Of a stretch of 11,211 nt of DNA, positions 1 to 6,423 are shown one piece after another (position 1 is the stretch's first letter; the number at the start of each line of letters is the position of its first letter). Source of the DNA: Archangium sp. (GTDB lineage: Bacteria > Myxococcota > Myxococcia > Myxococcales > Myxococcaceae); contig JANLPS010000437.1 of the NCBI GenBank assembly GCA_031367385.1, positions 1 through 11,211 of the forward strand, given 5' to 3'. The notes beneath the pieces are model-generated. The model was not told the origin of the DNA and did not search any database. It was given only the letters and a program-made list of their open reading frames with translations. The translations under genes and the position numbers were made by a program.

Positions 1-1053
1 GGTGATTTTCGAGATCGCGCCGAGCGATTCAATGCCCGTATCGAAGACGCGCGTGATCGTGTTGGTGCGCATCACGTCGTCGTGCTCGTCTTGAAAGGCG
101 ATGCCGTCGTCGGCTCCAACGTACTCCACGCTGGGTGACCGCACCTGGCTCCATCGCCCGTCAATCGTGTTTCGCTCGAAGCGGTTGTGGTGGCCTGAGT
201 TCGAGCCGATCAACGCCGTGATCAACGAGGTGTTCGTCGGGCTCACCATCGAGTTACACGACACGCTGGTGTCGACCGTGTTGTTTTGCTGCCAGAAGCT
301 GAAGAAGTCATTCGAGTAGGCGTGGAGGTTGTGACCGAGCCACACGTTCACCATGCCGCCATCGATCGCGTTGTCGTGAAAGAACCCAGTGCCTGCGTCG
401 GTGATGCTCACGCTGCCATACCCAGTTGAGATGTCGAAGCGGCAATTCGTCACCTCGAAACGTTCGACGTTCGAGATGTCGAGCGGCGTGGTGGCTTTGA
501 TGGCGTGGCCGCCGCAGTCGAGTTTGACACTGTTGGTGCTCGAGATGACGAGGCACCCGGTGGTCGCGCTGAGGTCAGTGCTCAACCGGTAGACGCCTGG
601 AGCTGAGATTGTTCGGCACGTCGCGATCACGGTGGGCGTCTGGTCGAAGACAAGCGGGGCGACGAACCCGGTGCATTGCGTGCCGGCGTCGGCGAAGTAC
701 ACCGAGCCCGCGTCTGCGACGCCTGCATCGGGAGCCCCGCCGTCGATGACCGCTGCGTCGGGCGAACCAGCGTCGAGCCGACCCGCGTCGGGTTCACCGG
801 AGTCAGGCAGTTGGGGCATACCGGCGTCGGCCTCGGCGCGCCCGCCATCGGGGGCCGATGCGTCGAGCTCCGAGAAAGCGCCTCCAGCATCACGGCCGGC
901 ATCGACCCCGCCAGCATCACGATTCACTTGGCCTGAATCAGGCCTGAAGCCCCCATCGGGCCCCTGCTCGCCGATCGCGCCCCAGCAGGCGGTCATTGCG
1001 ATAACGGCGAGCATAAAGAGCCGTGCGCGGGAGCTGGTGATGGTCAGGGGCAA
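1..1053 (-). CDS. Partial (runs off the left edge) lipoprotein with DAG-repeat linker and right-handed parallel beta-helix (NosD/pectin-lyase-like) domain
   Basis: Manual translation; absent from the ORF track because there is no stop codon in the window. The frame is open down to base 1: ...SSRARLFMLAVIAMTAC|WGAIGEQGPDGG...(DAG repeats)...CRTISAPGVYRLSTDLSATTGCLVISSTNSVKLDCGGHAI...FHDNAIDGG...FERNTIDG...GADDGIAFQDEHDDVMRTNTITRVFDTGIE. It has a basic n-region, a hydrophobic stretch and a lipobox-like MTAC (Cys at 985-987). N-x-I ladders are typical of beta-helices. The start is uncertain: in-frame GTG 1062, TTG 1053 or ATG 1014. Confidence 0.85.
   Translation of the reverse strand, partial: MPLTITSSRARLFMLAVIAMTACWGAIGEQGPDGGFRPDSGQVNRDAGGVDAGRDAGGAFSELDASAPDGGRAEADAGMPQLPDSGEPDAGRLDAGSPDAAVIDGGAPDAGVADAGSVYFADAGTQCTGFVAPLVFDQTPTVIATCRTISAPGVYRLSTDLSATTGCLVISSTNSVKLDCGGHAIKATTPLDISNVERFEVTNCRFDISTGYGSVSITDAGTGFFHDNAIDGGMVNVWLGHNLHAYSNDFFSFWQQNNTVDTSVSCNSMVSPTNTSLITALIGSNSGHHNRFERNTIDGRWSQVRSPSVEYVGADDGIAFQDEHDDVMRTNTITRVFDTGIESLGAISKIT
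682..957 (-). repeat. Degenerate Asp-(Ala/Gly/Ser)-Gly low-complexity peptide repeat (linker)
   Basis: About 16 units in the translation: PDGG, PDSG, RDAG, VDAG, RDAG, LDAS, PDGG, ADAG, PDSG, PDAG, LDAG, PDAA, IDGG, PDAG, ADAG, ADAG. Such linkers are common in myxobacterial lipoproteins. Confidence 0.85.
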
Positions 1054-1329
1054 GGGCCGCACCCTACTCGGCGCGCTCGCCAAAGGGTCACCTCTGCAAC
1101 TGCTTTCATTCAAGTCAATGACCGGGGCCGTGCATTCCTTCAACGATCGCGCGGGCGGTGGGGCGCTCGCTTTCGCGCTGACTCGCGGCCTCTCGAGCAA
1201 CAGTTGACGGCCTCCCAAGAGAACGTTCGCTCACTGGAGGCCGCGCCCCGACCGGGCGAGCGCTCGCCGTTGAAGCCGAGCGCCTGCTCGCTGGGTGAAG
1301 GTCGGCCAGGAGTCATCGGGCACCTGTCG

Positions 1330-1364
1330 TACAAATATGTCCCGACTGTCGGGACATTTTTGTA
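1330..1364. promoter_or_regulatory. Near-perfect 35-bp palindrome, candidate protein-binding site
   Basis: TACAAATATGTCCCGAC-T-GTCGGGACATTTTTGTA: 17-bp arms, 1-nt centre, one mismatch (1336/1358). The inner 10 bp of each arm are perfect. The palindrome is certain; the regulatory role is inference. Confidence 0.6.
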
Positions 1365-1607
1365 ACTCCATCTGTAACATGACCGGCTCGCGTCGCACGC
1401 ATCGAGGGTGCGGCCAGCAACAGCTCAACCGTCTCGCGCTTCGGAATGTCGCGGACGCTTCTCACGGGCGTCGACCAACGATTCCAGACACTTCGATTGG
1501 CACGAGAGTTGACTACGTCGACCTCGCCAAACGCGTTCAGCGGGCCATTCTGGCCGGCATTGCCTCTCGGAGTATGTGTGACTCGTCAATTTCAGGATCT
1601 CAGTGGT

Positions 1608-2243
1608 GTGGTCGTTCGAATCGATGCAGAGCTCAAGGCTCAGTACAGCCAGGTCATGGCGAGGCTGAAGCGAGCCAAAGACAGGGGAGCGGCCGCGTGG
1701 CACGACAAATACAATGCAGTCGCCGCGATCGTGGAGCACGCCCCGCCACTCTATTTGGCGGGAGGCTTCGCGACCGACCAAGCCTTCTTTGCAGCTGAGC
1801 TCGGGGAGTCGCGTCAGATCGTCAGCCGCAATCTGCGCGTCGCCAAGCTCGCGACTCGGGAGGAAGTCGCGAGGTTCACGGCGTCGCGCCTCGACCTCGC
1901 GATTGCCTACGTCGAGGCGACGACGAAGCAGCCTGTTGCTGGGCGCGAGTCGATAGACTTCGCCAAGCTCAATATTCAGTTCAAAGCCAAGCGCAAGCTG
2001 GTCAACAAACCGCTCCTGGGAACATCGATACTTGAACTTCGATTGGCACTCTCCCAGGCCAAGGGGTTTCGACCTGCTCACGAGGGGCCAGCCGCGAAAG
2101 CCATTGTTGCCGCGGTGAAAGACTCGGGCATCAAGGGCGCGACTGCGACCGTGACACGAACCAAGGTCACACTGCGCGCTCCGGTGCAAAAACTCCCTGA
2201 GCTCATCAAGGCGCTCGGCCAGTTCAAGTTGCCGGTCGACTGA
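1608..2243 (+). CDS. Hypothetical basic protein with putative helix-turn-helix (211 aa), possible DNA-binding protein
   Basis: Part of ORF 1446..2243. Protein-like helical sequence begins near GTG 1608 (AGGA at 1594-1597); ATG 1656 is an alternative start. The segment LYLAGGFATDQAFFAAELGESRQIVSRNLRVAK (1749-1847) resembles the 'LY..G..tF..y....lg.SR....r.i.vA' HTH pattern of DUF3102-like and ParB-type HTH proteins. The C-terminal half is Lys/Arg-rich. Confidence 0.75.
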   Translation: MVVRIDAELKAQYSQVMARLKRAKDRGAAAWHDKYNAVAAIVEHAPPLYLAGGFATDQAFFAAELGESRQIVSRNLRVAKLATREEVARFTASRLDLAIAYVEATTKQPVAGRESIDFAKLNIQFKAKRKLVNKPLLGTSILELRLALSQAKGFRPAHEGPAAKAIVAAVKDSGIKGATATVTRTKVTLRAPVQKLPELIKALGQFKLPVD

Positions 2244-2262
2244 ACGACCGCCTGGGGCGTTG

Positions 2263-3942
2263 CTACCGAGCTGCCATCACTGAGCGCGCAAGATCAAAAG
2301 GGTGAGGCTTGCCGAGCCGCCACGCCAGCTCGTCGACCTTGCGGAGCGCCGCGAAGCGCTTCAATGGCTCATGTTCGAAGAACCGAACGTGACTCGCGTC
2401 GAGGTCGACTCGGTTCATGGCGCACAACGCAGCGCGCCGCCCTGATTCGTTCGCGCCCTCCATGCTGGCCAGGTCGACCTCCGTGCGTACGTAGTCGCCC
2501 GCCAGAAAAAGATTCTCGAGCCCGCTGTCAGCGATGGGCCTCGCGAACCGCGACCCGGGAGGGTGAATCAGCAGACGCGCGCTGTTCTGCACTCCGCCCG
2601 GCCCGACTTTGAGCTCATCGTCGAGGTGCGCCGCGTAGACCGAGCGTTCGAGCAACGCGCCGGTGCTCGCGTCGAGCGATTGCACCAGCTGCTTGAGTGT
2701 TCGTTGCAAGATGCCCTCGCGAGAGGTCACATCGACCAGGCACACTCCGTCTTCATCGGGCACGTGGCAATTCGAGATGTCGACCGACAGAATGCCCTTG
2801 AGCCGCCCGTCTCCGAACGTCTTCATCGAGCGAGCGCCCCGATTCCAAAACTGGGCCTGCGAGATGGCCGTCAGCGCCCACGGCGTGCTGGGGAAGAAGA
2901 CATGCCCCTCAACCAGCGGGATGTCTTCGCTCAAATAGAACTGGGCGCCTGTCATCCAGCTCGTGATGCGGTCGACGTCGAGGGCCCTGAGCTCAGAAAA
3001 CACCGGGCTCACCTTCGCCAATGCGTCGGTCACCAATGACATCGACGCTTCGAGCGGCACCGCCAGCACGAAGACATCGGCTTTCACCTCGACCAGCGCA
3101 CCCGTGTCTCGGCGAAACACCACCCGGCGCAGCTCGCGGGTGCCCGGCATCAGCTCGAGCTCAGCCGCCCGGTGGCCGAAGCGAAACTGAACGCCCTTGC
3201 TCGCCAGCGCTCGCTGCCATGGGTCTATCCAACAGTCGCTGGTGGGGCCGATCATCGTGCGATCGATGGCCTCGCCCCCTTGCACGGTGTCGAGCATCAG
3301 CAGCGTCGACGCCAACCCCACCGTTCTCGCCGAGCTGTGCTCCGCGTCCATCGCGACCATGGTTCGGGTCGTCGACAGCAGCACCTTTCGAAAGCTCTCA
3401 CTGTAGAGCCCCGGGTCTTCGATGCCGACGAAGCGCGCCCACGGCACGTGCTCGAGCTCATCGTCGCGGCGGCCTTCGCACGACGTCAGCCACTGCACGT
3501 GCGCCAGCACGTACCGAGAGATGTCTCGCCAGGTGGCACCTGCGGCCGTCGCCGAGCGCATCACCCGCTTCAGATCAGCGAGGGTCTTCGGCCGCCGCGG
3601 AGACGTCATCACCCCATGCCCCGCAACCGTCACTCCCGCCTCGGGCGCGGCGGTCAGATTCCCCGCGACCGTGCCCGTCGGGCTCAGCGGGTCGGGGATC
3701 TGCTCCATCGCCTGAGTCAGGTGCAGATAGAAGCTGGGGTAAAAGCGAAAACCGTGCTCGCCGGGCAGATCGGCCCGCCCACCGGTGCCGGTGCCGGGCA
3801 TCGCATGCGACCTCGCCTTGCCACCCAGGGCGTGACCCGCTTCATACACCGTGACCTCAGCCCCACTGTCGCGGAGCTCGTGCGCACACGAAAGCCCCGC
3901 AACGCCTCCTCCGATGATCGCGATGGTCGGCCGCCGATTCAT
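2263..3942 (-). CDS. FAD-dependent oxidoreductase, phytoene desaturase/HpnE/CrtU-like superfamily (COG3349-type), 559 aa
   Basis: The true start is most likely ATG 3942 (MNRRPTIAIIGGGVAGLSCAHEL...VYE...LGGKARS), directly before the Rossmann GxGxxG motif. DLPGEHGFRFYP follows, and the C-terminal FAD motif is LFLAGDYVRT...SMEGANESGRRAA. The ORF-track extension to 4380 is antisense to the neighbouring gene. Confidence 0.88.
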   Translation of the reverse strand: MNRRPTIAIIGGGVAGLSCAHELRDSGAEVTVYEAGHALGGKARSHAMPGTGTGGRADLPGEHGFRFYPSFYLHLTQAMEQIPDPLSPTGTVAGNLTAAPEAGVTVAGHGVMTSPRRPKTLADLKRVMRSATAAGATWRDISRYVLAHVQWLTSCEGRRDDELEHVPWARFVGIEDPGLYSESFRKVLLSTTRTMVAMDAEHSSARTVGLASTLLMLDTVQGGEAIDRTMIGPTSDCWIDPWQRALASKGVQFRFGHRAAELELMPGTRELRRVVFRRDTGALVEVKADVFVLAVPLEASMSLVTDALAKVSPVFSELRALDVDRITSWMTGAQFYLSEDIPLVEGHVFFPSTPWALTAISQAQFWNRGARSMKTFGDGRLKGILSVDISNCHVPDEDGVCLVDVTSREGILQRTLKQLVQSLDASTGALLERSVYAAHLDDELKVGPGGVQNSARLLIHPPGSRFARPIADSGLENLFLAGDYVRTEVDLASMEGANESGRRAALCAMNRVDLDASHVRFFEHEPLKRFAALRKVDELAWRLGKPHPFDLARSVMAAR

Positions 3943-3990
3943 GCCGAGGCCCTTACCGCAATGCGCGCCCCGGTGGTAAGGCCCGAACCG
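3943..3990. promoter_or_regulatory. 48-bp divergent spacer with inverted repeat CCTTACC-N17-GGTAAGG, probable bidirectional promoter
   Basis: CCTTACC at 3951-3957 and GGTAAGG at 3975-3981. Each strand reads GGTAAGG followed 8-9 nt later by ATG, with no GGAG-type Shine-Dalgarno. Confidence 0.55.
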
Positions 3991-5217
3991 ATGGAGCGAG
4001 ATATCGTCATCGTCGGAGCCGGGCCAGCCGGGGTGTCGACCGCCCTGTTTCTCGCCGCCCTCGCGCCAGAATTGACCGACCGAATCGAGGTCATCGACCG
4101 GGCCGAATTTCCCCGTGAGAAGATTTGTGCTGGCGCCATCGGTGCACGCGCTGAAAAACTGCTCGAGTCGATTGGAGTGGCCGTCGACGTCCCCTCCGCT
4201 CCCGTTGACGGAGTCTCGCTGCGCTTCACCCATGGCTCGACCACCCGCAAAGTGGGAGCCATTGGCCGGGTCGTTCGCCGCCGCGAGTTCGATCATGGGC
4301 TGCTTCGAATTGCGCTCGCCCGCGGCATTCGGGTGTCGCAGGGCGTACGAGTGACCAAGCTTGGGCTCGAGGCCTCTCACGTCACCCTCGAGACCTCATC
4401 GGGAGACCGCCGTGCCACCGTGGTCATCGGCGCTGACGGCGTCAGCAGCGCGGTTCGTCAGGCGATCGGCGTAGCCAAAGGGTCGATGACCGCGCAGGCG
4501 GTCGAGGTCGATACCCACGCCGTACCCACCGACCCACCGCGCGACGTCTTGCATTTCGATTTGCGCGAACAGGGCGTCGGCTACGGGTGGGTTTTTCCCA
4601 CGGTGGTTGATGGTCAGGCGCTCGCGTGCCGCGGGCAATACCAGCTCGACTGGGAGAGCGGTGACAGCGTCGATGTCGGGCTCCGGCTCGAGCAACAGCT
4701 GTCAGCCGCAGGCGTTGAGCGGGCGGGGTTGCGCTTCAAGCGCTTCGCCGTACGAGGCCTCGAGCTTCATCGGCCGATGGCGGCGCCCCGGGTCTTGCTG
4801 GTCGGCGAAGCGGCCGGAGTCGACCCGTTATTGGGCGAAGGTATCGCGCAGGCGATCTCGAGCGGTGCGATCGCCGCGAAGTACCTGATCGAGCGCTTGG
4901 CAAAGCACTCGTTCGAATTCACTGACTGGCGCGGGCACTTCGCGCGCTCACCAACAGGGCTCGACATCTTGGCGCGCACCTCGTTGGTCTCGGTGTTTCG
5001 AAACCCCACCTCACGGCGGCTGCTCGAGCAGATGGCCTTGGCGACTCCCGAGTCGCTCGATGTGGTGACCGCGGTCTCGGCGGGCAAGGCGGTGCCCGGG
5101 CTCAGCGCCCTGGTCGCGGGGCTCAAGGCATCGGCCGAGCTCGCCAAGCTGCCCATACAGGAGGCGCGCACCCTGACCAGCGCGGTCAAGACCCGGCTCC
5201 GCAGCTGGTTGGCGTAG
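3991..5217 (+). CDS. Geranylgeranyl reductase family / FixC-like FAD-dependent oxidoreductase, 408 aa
   Basis: Start at ATG 3991 (MERDIVIVGAGPAGVSTA). Motifs: FPREKICAGAI, RREFDHGL, VIGADG, YGWVFP (the YxWxFP signature of GGR enzymes) and LLVGEAAGVDPLLGEGIAQAISSG. The ORF-track extension from 3172 is antisense shadow. Confidence 0.88.
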   Translation: MERDIVIVGAGPAGVSTALFLAALAPELTDRIEVIDRAEFPREKICAGAIGARAEKLLESIGVAVDVPSAPVDGVSLRFTHGSTTRKVGAIGRVVRRREFDHGLLRIALARGIRVSQGVRVTKLGLEASHVTLETSSGDRRATVVIGADGVSSAVRQAIGVAKGSMTAQAVEVDTHAVPTDPPRDVLHFDLREQGVGYGWVFPTVVDGQALACRGQYQLDWESGDSVDVGLRLEQQLSAAGVERAGLRFKRFAVRGLELHRPMAAPRVLLVGEAAGVDPLLGEGIAQAISSGAIAAKYLIERLAKHSFEFTDWRGHFARSPTGLDILARTSLVSVFRNPTSRRLLEQMALATPESLDVVTAVSAGKAVPGLSALVAGLKASAELAKLPIQEARTLTSAVKTRLRSWLA

Positions 5218-5321
5218 AAAGTCTCATCTGATGTCTTCCCGGGCGCGGAGAACGCATCGGTGACGCCCCCCGTGACCTCCTGTGTCGCCCCCAAAGGTGC
5301 CCGGCTGCCGACACTCTGCGC

Positions 5322-5909
5322 ATGGCCACCATTCTCAAAGGCTTGCCCCGCATCGGTTCGAAGCTGAAGACCAAGCTCAAAGTGCCTGGTCTCGGCTTGA
5401 TCAGCCTTGGTGAAGCGATCGAAACCGTCATCCCCGGCTCGGCGCGCAAGCTCGAAGAGCGAACCAAGGGCCCTGCGAAAGAAACCGACTACGACCTCAA
5501 CGCCGACGGAGTCGCCGACCTCACGCGTACCGACGACTCGCTGCAGGGCCAGCCCTACATCATCTTACGCTCAGCCAAGACCAACCCCGACAAAGGCAAC
5601 TTCGTCATCTACGGCGGTACCGACGGGCTCGTGCACCTGATCGATCAACAGCTCGAGAGCGGTGACGTCATCGTCATCGGCGACAGAACCGCGAGCTTCG
5701 ACGGTGCCTTTTTCGCAACCGTCAGCCCAAGCCACAAGCACGTCGCTCACCTCACCGACCGCAATGCCGATGGGGCGGTCGACCTGATCACCTGGCGCGC
5801 GAATGGCAAAGCCCACTTCCGCTCCGACGACGACTTCGACGGCAAGGCCGACCGCGAGGGCGAGGGCGACTTTCTGCCGTCAGGTCAGGCGCAACGCCAA
5901 CGCTTCTAG
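5322..5909 (+). CDS. Hypothetical protein with three Dx[DN]xDG putative Ca2+-binding loops, 195 aa
   Basis: GC-rich third codon positions. Loops DLNADGVAD (5493), DRNADGAVD (5757) and DDDFDGKAD (5826). Basic N-terminus, acidic beta-rich body. Confidence 0.75.
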   Translation: MATILKGLPRIGSKLKTKLKVPGLGLISLGEAIETVIPGSARKLEERTKGPAKETDYDLNADGVADLTRTDDSLQGQPYIILRSAKTNPDKGNFVIYGGTDGLVHLIDQQLESGDVIVIGDRTASFDGAFFATVSPSHKHVAHLTDRNADGAVDLITWRANGKAHFRSDDDFDGKADREGEGDFLPSGQAQRQRF

Positions 5910-6389
5910 ATATACGTGGGGCAGCTGATCGAGATCACCAGTCGGGTCAGCGACGTAGCCTCGACGCTCATACAGCGTTCTCACGCCTACCGCGCCACGA
6001 CGCACATGGAGGCAGATGACCTTCGCGCCTTGCGCTCGGGCCCACCCCTCGGCAGTGTCGATCAGCAGACGCGAGACACCCTGCCCTTGCTGACTCGCAT
6101 CGACCGCGAGGTGCCGCAGGTCGACAGCGTGAGGCAACCACGCTTCGTTGCCCGACGCTCCGACTGCAAACATGGCGACCGTGCCCACCACCGACCCGTC
6201 GCGCTCCGCGACCCACACCGTGGCCACGCGCCTCTTCGCGGCGACCGCCCTGAGGCTCGCCTTGCGTTCCCCGGTGATGCGAACCTCGGGCATCTTTTGC
6301 GAGTACTTGTCGATGAAGGCGCGAACCAGGAGCTCACCGACTGCCTCGTCGTCGCGAGGTTCTGCCAATCGAATGCGAATCGCAGACAT
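5880..6389 (-). CDS. GNAT family N-acetyltransferase, 169 aa
   Basis: IRLAEPRD start, VWVAERDGSVVGTV, acetyl-CoA-binding motif A LAVDASQQGQGVSRLLI, and LYERRGY. Confidence 0.92.
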   Translation of the reverse strand: MSAIRIRLAEPRDDEAVGELLVRAFIDKYSQKMPEVRITGERKASLRAVAAKRRVATVWVAERDGSVVGTVAMFAVGASGNEAWLPHAVDLRHLAVDASQQGQGVSRLLIDTAEGWARAQGAKVICLHVRRGAVGVRTLYERRGYVADPTGDLDQLPHVYLEALALRLT

Positions 6390-6423
6390 ATCGGTGCGCG
6401 TTTAGCCGACAATGCGCGCCGAT
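6390..6423. promoter_or_regulatory. 32-bp divergent spacer forming an imperfect inverted repeat, probable overlapping promoters
   Basis: ATCGGTGCGC (6390-6399) pairs with GCGCGCCGAT (6414-6423) at 9 of 10 positions. GACAAT (6408-6413) lies 8 nt before ATG 6422. No Shine-Dalgarno on either strand. Confidence 0.45.

Noticed and set aside
632..1207. 191-aa Ser/Pro/Ala-rich plus-strand ORF with 'PAS' repeats
   Set aside because: It is the exact antisense of the DAG-repeat lipoprotein, which has the signal peptide and the folded domain.
1330..1364. Palindrome read as an intrinsic terminator or CRISPR repeat
   Set aside because: It is followed by T residues, but no gene ends nearby (both flanking genes point away from it) and the centre is 1 nt. 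It is single-copy, with no spacers or cas genes. Termination of an unseen small RNA remains possible.
1140..1798. Small ORFs in the gap (1140..1334-, 1231..1428-, 1295..1798+) and codons 1446..1607 of the orphan gene
   Set aside because: No recognisable motifs, poor codon bias and no RBS. A small peptide gene cannot be fully excluded.
2244..2262. Possible terminator between the convergent genes
   Set aside because: Only a 4-bp stem (CGCC-TGG-GGCG) and no U-tract.
3172..4380. Apparent long antisense overlap between ORFs 2263..4380(-) and 3172..5217(+)
   Set aside because: Both Rossmann motifs begin right after internal ATGs (3942, 3991). The extensions are stop-free antisense shadows typical of high-GC DNA.
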